A stretch of DNA of 63,791 nt, the filler included, from Asterionella formosa (lineage: Eukaryota): assembly GCA_002256025.1 (NCBI GenBank). It is 19 parts of 19 records of this genome, joined end to end, with 100 filler letters (N's around TTAATTAATTAA, not from the genome) between each part and the next. Parts side by side here need not be neighbours in the genome. Positions count along the whole stretch, not along the records: positions 1 to 1,830 come from NKIB01001080.1; positions 1,931 to 3,760 come from NKIB01001081.1; positions 3,861 to 5,689 come from NKIB01001082.1; positions 5,790 to 34,898 come from NKIB01001083.1; 15 more parts are not named here. The stretch is one strand, 5' to 3'. A program made the position numbers and the translations under genes. Below, piece by piece: positions 1-10,526 of this stretch. A model generated the notes under the pieces. That model saw only the letters and a program-made list of their open reading frames with translations, had not been told where the DNA came from and ran no database searches. Each line of letters starts with the position of its first letter. The first letter of the stretch is position 1.

Positions 1-309
1 ATACAGTGGTCTCCACATCAACAGTTGTTGTTTGCGTTTGTGTGACTGGTTCCATACTTTGCGGTTCCATTTGCCTTGCTTGTAGTATCTTCAGGGAGAT
101 TCAAATGACTGATCTGTAGTAACAAATACACAAAAACACTTGGGAGTTATAAGATCGCCAAGTATAACTTTCTGTCTGGTGCTGTATAATTGTATCAATG
201 GTGTTGCTTGGACAATGTACGCAGCCAGCATAAAATTGAAGGAATAGTATATGCCATTTATATTATCACTGGTGCCTTGCCTTGCAGGCTTATTTTCGGT
301 TATTTTATT

Positions 310-524
310 AGTGACAACGGAAATGATACCCGCGTGAAAACGTCAGTATCACTGATACCGTTTTTGGAGGGGGCAAAAAAAGGTATCAATTTTGTATCAA
401 TTTTGTTGATACAAAATTGATACCATCAAGTTACCGTTGCTGATACCGTGTTTTGATACCAACCGTCACTTTTTGCCCGCAACCCGGAAATGATACAGCA
501 AATTCGGAATGATAAGAACGACCC
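310..524. mobile_element. Terminus of a PIF/Harbinger element (TIR plus subterminal TGATAC motifs)
   Basis: Ends AATGATAAGAACGACCC followed by TTA (525-527). This is the exact reverse complement of TAA|GGGTCGTTCTTATCATT at 35504-35523, upstream of a Harbinger transposase. About 10 TGATAC/GTATCA motifs lie at 323-496. Confidence 0.75.
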
Positions 525-1051
525 TTAGATTTAATGTACCGGTACTTGGTAGGTAAAATAAGTACTACCGGTAGTTTCATCATCCGTCGTCATTGGTACC
601 GGTAGGTACCTTGGTACACCGTTGCTACGGTATTGGTTTATATACCGGTATGTGCCTTTGAGTCTAGGGTAATACCGGTGTGCCTTTTGGGGATGGATAA
701 TATTAAATCTACATGCAGCAACAAAGATTCAATATAAACTGATGAAAATATCATGAACATACATTTAGGCATACTCCTGATTTATATATGTGTTATGGCA
801 TGGAACAAAATTATGTCTACATTCAGCAACGTAGATACAGTATAAACGTTTCAATATCATTTTTGTTTGTTTAAAATGGAACTCTCTCTATCTGGCGCCG
901 ACTCCTATTTAATTCAAATATTCAAATGGACACTCGAATCATGGGAACTCATAGCAGCAAACTCCCTATTCCAAGCCTTTTTACAACCCTAGCGACGTGT
1001 TCTCCAAACTAGGGTTAAGCCGACGGCCGCAACCTTAAAATACAGGTAGGT

Positions 1052-1317
1052 TGTTGAAATTGCGTCCCGAAGCACTCTATGCTTTCTTGTATCCTGTAAG
1101 GACACGTCAGGGACCAAATAGGCTGTAGATATAACAACGATGTCTCCGTGATCGATTGTAATCGTTCCTAAGAGTTTTAATAGAATTATGGGTTTTTACT
1201 GTTGGCGTAGATTGTTTTCGAATTCTCTGGTACCATATTCTTTCTTGATTCATTCGATTCAATATGTAGTAGGTAATTTATACCGGGATTTTCTTTCCTA
1301 AAATATTTTCTCCAACA
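1052..1317 (-). repeat. 3' LTR of a Ty1/copia (CoDi-like) element, family A
   Basis: Reads TGTTGG...TTCAACA on the minus strand, directly after the RNase H stop and a purine-rich tract (AGCAGGAGTG). The same sequence occurs at 59007-59283, 38632-38756 and 56196-56322. Confidence 0.9.
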
Positions 1318-1339
1318 CACTCCTGCTGGACACGGATGC

Positions 1340-1830
1340 TCACTTTGAATTCATAATTTGCTGACGAAAATGAATAAATTTCATTCCAACCAGTGGTTTC
1401 GTCATGTAGTCTGCTAACATTGCATCCGATGGACAGTACTTGATTTGTACTTCCTTTCTTTCAATAAGATCAGTAATATAAAAATATTTGATGTTGAAAT
1501 GTCGCGTGCGTTTTCCTGAACTTGCTTTTCCATTTGCTTCTAGCTTCATTGCGCTAGTGTTGTCACGGTAAATGACATTCGTAGTCACCTTGTGTCCTTG
1601 TGCTTCAATAAATAATTTCGTCCACAACACCTTTGATATGATGTCATCGACACCAACCAATTCTGCTTCAGTCGAACTTCTAGTGTTCACTTTCTGTTTT
1701 GTAGACATAGAACAAATAATTCCGTTTCCAAGTGACATTGTAGCTCCTGTGTGACTTTTAAAATCTTTGTGCACTGCAAACGCTGCATCAACGTACCATT
1801 TAATGCTCTGAGTGTCATCAGCACTCATAG
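1340..1830 (-). mobile_element. Ty1/copia pol C-terminus (RNase H), 5' truncated by the contig end
   Basis: Motifs WYVDAAFAVH.D.KSHTG, KQK.NTRSSTEAELV, DNTSA, KRTRHFNIKYF and MLADYMTKPL. Confidence 0.95.
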
Positions 1831-1930
1831 NNNNNNNNNNNNNNNNNNNNNNNNNNNNNNNNNNNNNNNNNNNNTTAATTAATTAANNNNNNNNNNNNNN
1901 NNNNNNNNNNNNNNNNNNNNNNNNNNNNNN
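1831..1930. other. Artificial contig-joining spacer, first of 18. Others: 3761-3860, 5690-5789, 34899-34998, 36828-36927, 38757-38856, 40685-40784, 42613-42712, 44540-44639, 46468-46567, 48394-48493, 50320-50419, 52246-52345, 54172-54271, 56096-56195, 58021-58120, 59946-60045, 61871-61970
   Basis: Identical N44-TTAATTAATTAA-N44 blocks with stops in all six frames. The short flanking contigs decrease almost monotonically from about 1830 to 1821 bp. Confidence 0.99.
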
Positions 1931-2137
1931 TGGGAAGTGTGCCGTTGAAAGTATTGTCATACAAACCTAGACCTGTGAGACTTGTCAAGAGTCCAATCTC
2001 TGTGGGAAGTGTGCCGTTGAAAGTATTGTCAGACAATTCTAGATCAGTGAGACTTGTCAAGAGTCCAATCTCTGTGGGAATTGTGCCAGTGAAAGTATTG
2101 ACAGACAAATATAGAACAGTAAAACTTTTCAAGAGTC
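1931..2137 (-). CDS. Leucine-rich repeat protein fragment (three 24-aa plant-type LRRs); may be a pseudogene
   Basis: 72-nt units encoding GLL(T/K)S(L/F)TxLxLxxNTFxGT(L/I)PTEI. Runs off the contig end. Confidence 0.85.
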
Positions 2138-2887
2138 CAGTGGTGATTGTTACAACTACTGACTTGTCAATTACTTCATCAATATTGGAGAAATCCATAC
2201 CTAAGAACCACTCAACTCATTGGAAGATAGTACCGAGTAAGATGGTATTCCGTTGATTCACAATGGAACAATGCTACTCAAAATTTACATGTCACAGCCC
2301 GGAATTTTTCACCTACACCCTACACAGTGGTGATTGTTACAACTACTGACTTGTCAATTACTTCATCAATATTGGAGCAATCCATACCTAAGAACCACTC
2401 AACTCATTGGAAGATAGTACCGAGTAAGATGGTATTCCGTTGATTCACAATTGTTCAATGCTACTCATCATTTTCATGTCACAGCCAGGATTTTTTCACA
2501 TACACCCTACACGGTGGTGATTTTTCATACTACTGATTTGTCAATAGCTTCATCAATATTGGAGCAATCCATACCTATGAACCACTCAACTCATTGGAAG
2601 ATAGTACTGAATAAGATGGTATTCCGTTGATTCAAAATAAAATCAATGCTACTCATCATTTACATGTCACAGCCCGGGTTTTTTCACCTACTCCCTACAC
2701 ATTTGTGATTCTTACAACTACTGACTTGTCAATAACTTCATCAATATTGGAGCAATCCATACCTATGAACCACTCAACTCATTGGAAGATAGTACCGAGT
2801 AAGATGGTATTCCGTTGATTTACAATGGATCAATGCTCCTCATCTTTTTCATGTCACAGCCCGGATTTTTTCACCTACACCCTACAC
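2138..2887. repeat. Tandem array of four ~187-bp units
   Basis: Units start at about 2138, 2325, 2512 and 2700. All share CCACTCAACTCATTGGAAGATAGTAC and AAGATGGTATTCCGTTGATT. Confidence 0.95.
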
Positions 2888-2939
2888 ACATCTAAGACGC
2901 CGTTTACGGCACTTTTTCGAATTTATGTGTAAAGTGACG

Positions 2940-3180
2940 TATTTATGCTACTTTTTTAAAATATTATGTTACTTTTCTAAAATATTATGTTACTTTTTTG
3001 AAATATTATGCTACTTTTTCCCTAATTTATTCGGGTTAAACAAAAATTTTTTTCACTTATCGAATAATTATGTGATCACACCAATAATTATGTGTGTTCG
3101 TGACAATATATGTTGACCAACTAGCCATCGCAACAGTTTAAAAGCGAAATTATGCTGCTCTGCCGCAATATTATGCTGCT
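2940..3180 (+). repeat. Dispersed repeat, probably a DNA-transposon subterminal region with short AAATATTATGYTACTTTT repeats; second copy at about 61000-61210
   Basis: Both copies contain TTTCACTTAT..AATAATTATGT, CCAATAATTAT and GACCAACTAGCCATCRCAACAGT. Confidence 0.7.
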
Positions 3181-3440
3181 TTCACCATATAATGAACGAA
3201 AGAGTCGCCAATTCCGATACACTTATTATTTTTTCCGCTCCGACATATCTCTTTGATCTGAACTGGCAAAGAAGAACACATGCAAGAGGAAGATTCACAC
3301 TGTAGAATTCAGCACACGTAGTAGTAGTAGTTGATGTTGTAGACACATTGTTTAGTCATTGTTGATTGTAGAGATTACAATAGCCTGCCAGATTGGAAAT
3401 AAAGCACTGTTGGTCCTCGTTGAGCATCGTTTAGCATTGC

Positions 3441-3760
3441 ATGTCGCCGTAGCTAGTGAGTCAAAATTGAGATGCGCCGCAATGGCCTTCTCCGTTTCGG
3501 AGCAGCTACAAATAGTCTGCAGCAATAAGTCGAGCAAGTACAATATAGAAAAAGAAGGAAAGGATGCTGAGTAGCTCACAATAAGGAATTGAATCCGTTA
3601 TTTCGTTAAGAAACAGCTGTTGCATATTTCAACCTTGGATGTCGCCGTAGTGAGTCAAAATTGAGATGCGCCGCAATGGCCTTCTCCGTTTCGGAGCAGC
3701 TACAAATAGTCTACAGCGATAACTCTAGCAAGTACAATATAGAAAAAGAAGGAAAGGATG
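3441..3760 (+). repeat. Direct duplication of about 125 bp (3441-3566 and 3639-3760)
   Basis: ATGTCGCCGTAG...GAAAAAGAAGGAAAGGATG occurs twice with few differences. Confidence 0.9.
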
Positions 3761-4089
3761 NNNNNNNNNNNNNNNNNNNNNNNNNNNNNNNNNNNNNNNN
3801 NNNNTTAATTAATTAANNNNNNNNNNNNNNNNNNNNNNNNNNNNNNNNNNNNNNNNNNNNGTTGAAATCAGTCGAACAAAATCGGCAAATACAATCAAAG
3901 TATGCTTTATTGACAATTGATCCACATTGATCTATGTAAAGTTGCATTGGAGTCCCTAAATGGGCCCCAAGGGATTGATGAATGAGGGTGAGGCCATTGT
4001 GGGATGTTTTTGGGCTGCAGACTGGGAAACTATCCATAGAGATGGCACGCAAGGAGAAGGAACCTATTGTGGGACTCTTGAGAGGATTT

Positions 4090-4191
4090 TTCAAAATTAG
4101 CTCGTAAAAATTCCCAGTTCCCAGGAAATTTGGCAACCATAGGCAATTTTTTTTAAATTTTTTCCTAGGGGTTCAATGCAGGAAAAGAACC
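4090..4191 (+). mobile_element. End of a dispersed non-autonomous DNA-transposon/MITE family; other copies at about 10835-10968, 11045-11087, 20180-20328, 21956-21980 and inverted at 11091-11113
   Basis: Shared TTCAAAATT...AGTTCC.GG.AATTT...CTAGGG(G)TT(C/G)AAATGCAG.AACC, usually followed by TTA. Confidence 0.7.
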
Positions 4192-4821
4192 TTAATCTAC
4201 AAATCGAGCTCCTTGGCTGTAGTATGCTGCCACATGGCATGTGTCAACAACATGTAGCATACTAGGTGACAGGGAATGCACTGAAAACACTGCTCTGAGT
4301 TGACCTGTGGCCACTGATTCTTCTTTATAAATGTATTCATTTTCTCTGTATCTTGATATACCGGTATACATAACGGAAATGGTCGAATACACAAAACATC
4401 ATGGATTTTTGTATGGTAGAATCTACAGCAAGGAGTACCGGTATTTGTGCTGATTTTTTAGCTTTTTTAATCCAATATTAAATTGTTTATTTAAGCGAAA
4501 TGACGACAACTTGCCAGGTATCAACCCTTCTTTTGTTGTATAGTAATGTAAAACATCAGTTATTCGACTTATGTAGAATGTTGTGTGGAAGTATAGTTTT
4601 TTGTGGACTGTCTACTGCCCTGGGAATTCATACAGTCCTAATGCAAAACGAGAGGATTTTCCTGCTCTGTTTTGCATTATGGCTGTATGATAAAGAACGT
4701 CAGAACCTCACATACAAAATTGCAGAAAGAACGAAGACGAAAGCGCAGTGTCGTTTGCCTGATCAGTGGTCGAAGTGGTACAAGTTGTAGCACCAATTTC
4801 TGATCTTGTGGTCCGTCGACC

Positions 4822-5649
4822 ATGTCCACCGACTACAGCCGCATTGCAGATCTACACGGAGACTCCTATTTTCTTCCTTGGAATCACTTGTCAACTTGCG
4901 TACTTCCAGGGCTGGTATTTGTCACGTTGGTGCTCACGCTCTTCTATTGTACGCACCTTTGGCTGCAAGCTTCCAGATCACTCGATGTGAAGCAACAACG
5001 CAAATCAGCCTATCAATTTACCAATCTTTGTGTCAATGCCGTCTTGGGAGGACTGGGGTTGTACTATTTCTTGCGCCTGCCGTCGGAGCCGACCCTAGAG
5101 GAGAAAATCGTTGGACACAATGAATTCTATCCAATAGTGTGTTTACAGATTGGGTTTCAGCTTTGGGCCATCCCTGTTGGAATGTTCTATGTCGACGAGT
5201 CACCAGCCATGATTTTGCATCATGTCTCAGTGGTTGTTGTTGGTTGTATGGCGGGATTTACTTCCTTTGGCTTTCGATACTTCACGCCCTTCATGTTTGG
5301 CATGCTCGAAATGAGCTCAGTCCCGTTAGCAATCATGAATACCTTCAAGGACAATCCAAAATTGATTGAACGGTACCCTCTATTCTATACTGTGATAAGG
5401 CTGGTATTTGCTATCATGTTTTTAACTATTCGGTGGTACATGTTGATGCCCAGAAAGTATGACTACCTTCGGTTGAACTTACTTGCCATTATGAGTTCCC
5501 CTAGTGTGGGGTTTAGAATCTATTATTGTTTTTGTTGGTTGTCAGCCTTTTTCTTGATGATTTTACAGATCTTTTGGGGATCGCTCATTATCAAGGGGCT
5601 TGCCAAAATGGTTTTCGTCAAGGAGCAAAAGACCAAGAAAGTATTGTAG
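4822..5649 (+). CDS. TLC (TRAM/LAG1/CLN8) domain membrane protein, TLCD4/TMEM56-like
   Basis: 275-aa multi-TM ORF with MILHH, GMLEMSSVPL and RLVFAIMFLTIR motifs. Confidence 0.85.
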   Translation: MSTDYSRIADLHGDSYFLPWNHLSTCVLPGLVFVTLVLTLFYCTHLWLQASRSLDVKQQRKSAYQFTNLCVNAVLGGLGLYYFLRLPSEPTLEEKIVGHNEFYPIVCLQIGFQLWAIPVGMFYVDESPAMILHHVSVVVVGCMAGFTSFGFRYFTPFMFGMLEMSSVPLAIMNTFKDNPKLIERYPLFYTVIRLVFAIMFLTIRWYMLMPRKYDYLRLNLLAIMSSPSVGFRIYYCFCWLSAFFLMILQIFWGSLIIKGLAKMVFVKEQKTKKVL

Positions 5650-6189
5650 ATGAAGAATATTCCGCAGTACTTGTAATCCTGTTAAGGAGNNNNNNNNNNN
5701 NNNNNNNNNNNNNNNNNNNNNNNNNNNNNNNNNTTAATTAATTAANNNNNNNNNNNNNNNNNNNNNNNNNNNNNNNNNNNNNNNNNNNNGTGATCACATA
5801 ATATAGTGATGATCAGGAATGCATGCATGATACTTTGATCAAATATTTAACGTGATGTATTCAGATAATATATAGATATATTCAACTACGTATTTTGATG
5901 TATTCAACTAATTCATGTGATGCATTCAAAATCAACTAGGCTTATTTATGTGATGGTCACTTCACGTAATACGCGGCTTAGATGTGTTGTTGCAAGAATC
6001 AGATTGAAGATTGGCGAGGATGATGAGCCAAACCACATTACTTTAACAGGTACATTATCCTACCAACAAATGTAAATAAAGGAAAACGGGTTACTATTTA
6101 AATTACGAGGGCGAAAAATTATAATCAGATGATCATAATCCTATGATGCATCATAGGAATATTATTGTTTTTATTTGCAGATGCTATGT

Positions 6190-6780
6190 CCCAGTCCAGT
6201 TTTCCCAATCCATTTGGATCATGTCTTTGGCGATTCTCTCGCTGTCCAACTCATTGATCCTCCCCAGGATATTGTGGGTTCTCCAGTATTTTTTAACTTT
6301 AGTTAGATATATTTTACAGTCCTCCTGACTTGTTGACTAAAAATGTCTAAGCTTTGCTGACACTATGATATCTTTTTGATTTCCTCCGAAATTTTTTTTC
6401 GGGTCAAAGTCGATGTATATGGGGCTCTGTGGTCCACTTGAATGTTCTTATAAAATGATAAGATACCTCCTCTTTCGACCGCATCTCAGCAATGTGCACA
6501 TCCTAGAATATAGTCTCCTACAGCCCAGGTTTCTTGGTTCCTCTGTTGTAGGTAACCACCAGACTTTGCAGTTCTTGGTGGTGTTGGTGACGAAGTAAAT
6601 CTATGAGTGAGCATTTGCTCAGAATGGTTGATTTTCCTGAGGAGGTTGAGCCAATTTCCTCATTTGCATCGAGCATGAGTAGGATTTCCTTGTTGTCCTG
6701 TTGAAGTGCTTGAATGAACTGTACAAATAGTTGCTTGTTATCACCTTTTCATTTTCTTGAGGGTTCTCTGCAGAACTGGC
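6190..6780 (-). pseudogene. Degenerate non-LTR retrotransposon (LINE) ORF2 fragment, APE endonuclease region
   Basis: Minus-strand translation gives QFIQALQQDNKEILLMLDANEEIG and PIYIDFDPKKNFGG...KYWRTHNILGRINEL, broken by stops and frameshifts. Confidence 0.65.
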
Positions 6781-8126
6781 ATTCTTTCAAGTTGGTGACA
6801 CGTTTTTATATTTACATGATGATTTCGGACCCAAAGTGATGGGTGAATGCACTTGGAAAGGCATGAAACAGCAGCACCATTACATGTTGTTGTCAATTTT
6901 TATTTGCACACCATCCCACACAGATTTTTGAGATGATTTTAGTAGGCAGATTTCTTAAGTATTAAAATCAAAAATTTTAACACTAGAAACTTACTTCCAC
7001 GCATACTTGCAGAGCATACTGTTTGGTAGATATAGATGAACTTTCTAGGATGAAATACCTACTATCCAATGAGTGGAACAAGGTGTGATGGTGGATTACA
7101 GACTGAATCAAGTCTATTAGACGGAATTCATCCTAGCCTAAAAGAATCTGATATCACCAGCCAAAAGGAAATATTTACTGTTATTAGCGGGTATATCACT
7201 CATCGACGTAGACATACCCGTATTACAGTACATATTGGGTTGACATCCTACGTACATGCCCCAGTATCTATGCCAATGACAGCGATGTTTTCCTACATAC
7301 TACTTCAGTACTACCTCGTCATTCCCGTAGATCCGCCGTTAAAAATCTATCAAACACGATCTTGTTCGGCGATTTTCTACTGGCACGCGCGACGTTCGTA
7401 ACGGATTTATCTCTGAAAATGGACGCTGCGGGTTACGAAAAATGAAGGCATGTAAAATTGTTGTATGTAGGAGTCTACGTCTCGAACCTTCTACCATGGA
7501 AGGAATAGGTGGCATGTACCAGTGACTGTATCAGGGCACTCCAGTAAATACCAGTTTAGCACATGATTGCACCTGAAGGTACGCGTTTGCGTGCGGTTAA
7601 CTACCGGTACCGCTACTACCTGCCGGGCGATTTCTATTAAATTTAGAAGGGACCGTTGCAAGATACCTCATATTTCGTCATTTGATAATCGTCCACAAAT
7701 TTCGTTTTCCTTTATCTGCGGGTAAGTGAAGGCTCATTCGTGAATCTGCTGTTTGATGCTGCCAGTATCAGGACGTTTAGCTCGAGATATTAGAAACAAA
7801 CCAGTATTCGATTGATATGCATGCGTTCATAGGAATGTTGCGATGGCTTTACATTATGTTGCCGCTACAATCCTCGAGCCATACTGCACAGCCACAGCAT
7901 AGGGCGTTATATGTCACCTTTAGCATTGGTGCTTAGTGGAAAGTGATGTGGACCCCGCCGTTGAATACTTCCATTAGACCGACATATACGCTCTTGGGCT
8001 CGGCGAAAGCAGTCAAATTTGCGCTCAAAGGACTTAGAATCGTGTTGGTTCCCTTTGACTGCTGCATAACGCCAATGCGCTCACACATGTTCTCCTCGCT
8101 GACATCGTATAACAGAGTTTACCATC

Positions 8127-10055
8127 ATGGCATCGCCACTTTACGACGAGGAAAAAGTCAGCATGGTTCCAGCCATTGAATCCGCCAAGGATGCTTCCAA
8201 GAAGGTCTCTTCCCTCAGAACTTGGGGACCTGCCATGGCTGCCATTGCGTTCGTCATTGTTATCAACGGTGCTATGTTTGGGCCTCGCTTCAACCAGCTG
8301 CCTCCGACCAGCGAGAAGTATTTGAACAAGCAACGTCTTATCGCTGAACGACACTCCGCAATCATGGAGATGGATTTCGACCCTGTCGCTGACATGAAGC
8401 GCGGAAAGTCATTCGGTCCCCGCAACCTCAGCGAAGCCGATGGTGGAGTGTTGGAGTACACCCGCCGCCGTCATCGATACCTAGGAGAGTACACTCATCA
8501 GGATGTTTCAGGCGAGTTCACTCTTTTCGGAAAAATCTCAGTGTCCCTCATTTACTTCGCATTTTGGGTCTTCCTCATGTTTCCAAACTGGTTCCTTCCT
8601 ATTGGTCGTCCTGGTATTGCGCTTGGAGGTGGACTTCTCTCCGTTGTCTGGCGCTTCCTCTTGCACAAGACCGGCCAGGGACCAACCTTTTTCCCTGAAC
8701 ACGTTATCATCATGGAACCACTTTTCTTGCTCTTTGGTCTCATGCTCACAACGATCTACCTTGAAAAAATGGAACGAGGTGGACTTTTTGATAAACTCCG
8801 AGAGTCCCTTGACGACCCAGTCAACTGGAAGCGCTCAGCTAAAATCATGACAATGTCCACCATTGGCTCCGCCGCGGTCATGAATGATTCCATCGTTCTT
8901 ATCTTTTCTGGAGTTGTCGTCGATCTTTGCGTCCGTCACAAGGTCGCCAACTCTATCCCCTACCTTCTCTCCCTTGCCACAACTGCAAACATTGGATCTG
9001 CGTTGACAATGACGGGTAACCCACAGAACATTCTTATCGTTTCTCTTGCCTATGATGATATTGGCTGGTTGGAGTTCGCAAGTAACATGGTTTTGCCAGT
9101 TCTTGCCGGTACCATTATCAACACAACTATGGTCTTCACCTACTACGCTAGCGAACTGTTCCCTGGTTCATCCGGATTTGGAGAAAATATTGGAATCATG
9201 ATGGGAGGAAACAGAACACCCGAGATGCTTGCCCAAGAACATGCATTCTATGCCCGCCAAGCCGCTGCAAACGATGGAAAGGATGTCATCGAAACCCATG
9301 GATGGACTCTTTGGTCTAAGATCCAAGTGCTAATTGTTACACTTTTCTTGATTTGCTTTGCAATGGGACTGGATGTCTGTGTTGTCTCTTCCTGCGCAGG
9401 AGCACTTCTCATGTGCGTTGCCGCTTACAAGCGCCAACACTATGACCCTAAACCAGACACCAGCGAATATGATGCCGACGGCAATGTTATCCCAACCAAG
9501 AAGACCTATGACATGAATGGAAACGAAATCGAGCCAGAAGAACAGGAGCTCATTACCGAATCTGAAACTACTTTGACTGAAGTTGATTATGGTCTGCTTA
9601 TGCTTTTCATTGGGCAGTTCATCCTGATTGGTTCTTTTGATGATACCGGCGTTCCTCAAGCATTCTTCAACGTCACTATGGGTGGCTGTGCTGATAAGAT
9701 GACTGAAGGAGCTTGCGTTTACTGGTTTGTCATGATTGTTACAATCTTGTCAAACATCGCATCTAACGTGCCCATTTGCCAAATGCTTGCTGCCACTTTC
9801 CCTTTTGCAAGTCCATATGACTGGCTTCAAGTGTCTTTCTCTGCCACTGTGGCTGGAAACTTGACAATGCTTGGATCTGCAGCCAATATGATTGTTGCAT
9901 TCCAGGCCGCCAAGGTTGGAGATCGAACCTTTACCTCTGAAAGGCATGCTCCATTTGGAATTCCCTCAACCCTCCTTGTGTTGTATGCCGGTACATTTTT
10001 GCTTGCAACTGTCCATTTCTCGCCTGATTGCTCTGTTAAGCTTGGTGAATGTTAA
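8127..10055 (+). CDS. Lsi2-like putative silicon efflux transporter (ArsB/NhaD/CitMHS ion-transporter superfamily)
   Basis: 642 aa, intronless. Motifs LPIGR, LLFGLM...YLE, PYLLSLATTANIGSALTMTGNPQNILI, SNIASNVP and ATVAGNLTMLGSAANMIV match the plant Lsi2 pattern. Confidence 0.85.
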   Translation: MASPLYDEEKVSMVPAIESAKDASKKVSSLRTWGPAMAAIAFVIVINGAMFGPRFNQLPPTSEKYLNKQRLIAERHSAIMEMDFDPVADMKRGKSFGPRNLSEADGGVLEYTRRRHRYLGEYTHQDVSGEFTLFGKISVSLIYFAFWVFLMFPNWFLPIGRPGIALGGGLLSVVWRFLLHKTGQGPTFFPEHVIIMEPLFLLFGLMLTTIYLEKMERGGLFDKLRESLDDPVNWKRSAKIMTMSTIGSAAVMNDSIVLIFSGVVVDLCVRHKVANSIPYLLSLATTANIGSALTMTGNPQNILIVSLAYDDIGWLEFASNMVLPVLAGTIINTTMVFTYYASELFPGSSGFGENIGIMMGGNRTPEMLAQEHAFYARQAAANDGKDVIETHGWTLWSKIQVLIVTLFLICFAMGLDVCVVSSCAGALLMCVAAYKRQHYDPKPDTSEYDADGNVIPTKKTYDMNGNEIEPEEQELITESETTLTEVDYGLLMLFIGQFILIGSFDDTGVPQAFFNVTMGGCADKMTEGACVYWFVMIVTILSNIASNVPICQMLAATFPFASPYDWLQVSFSATVAGNLTMLGSAANMIVAFQAAKVGDRTFTSERHAPFGIPSTLLVLYAGTFLLATVHFSPDCSVKLGEC

Positions 10056-10240
10056 GTTGATTGATCATTTTTTGTGACCAGCAGATAAAGTAAATGAAAG
10101 CATACAATCGATTTTCTCTCTTCAATCGTAAATTACATGAAAAAATTAAAAGGATAAAAAAGCCTTACCGGAACCTTGTTTTGTATTCCCATAAAATAAT
10201 AGTCCTGTAACACACACCCCACACTCCTTTGAACATCTAT

Positions 10241-10526
10241 CATCTGATAAATGCTCCCAAATATTTTAAGTAAACGAAATAATAAAAACAGCATATTACT
10301 TTATTCTAGCTAGTTGTTAATGTATTTATACAATAATTGTTTTCTCACTGGTCACCGCCATGAAAAAAATCAATAACAACAACATCTGATAAATGCTCCC
10401 AAATATTTTATGCTAACGAAGAAATAAAAACAGCATATTATTTTATTCTAGCTAATTGTTAATGTATTTATACAATAATTGTATTCTTATTGGTCACCGC
10501 CATGAAAAAAATCAATAACAACAACA
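10241..10526 (+). repeat. Tandem duplication, 2 x ~142 bp
   Basis: CATCTGATAAATGCTCCCAAATATTTTA...CCGCCATGAAAAAAATCAATAACAACAA starts at 10241 and again at 10383. Confidence 0.9.

Noticed and set aside
980..1020. AACCCTAG/CTAGGGTT as a telomere
   Set aside because: These are isolated motifs inside a dispersed repeat end, not a tandem array.
2138..2887. 187-bp array (and the 92-95-bp arrays at 52765-54006) as CRISPR
   Set aside because: Whole units are repeated with no unique spacers, there are no cas genes, and the context is eukaryotic.
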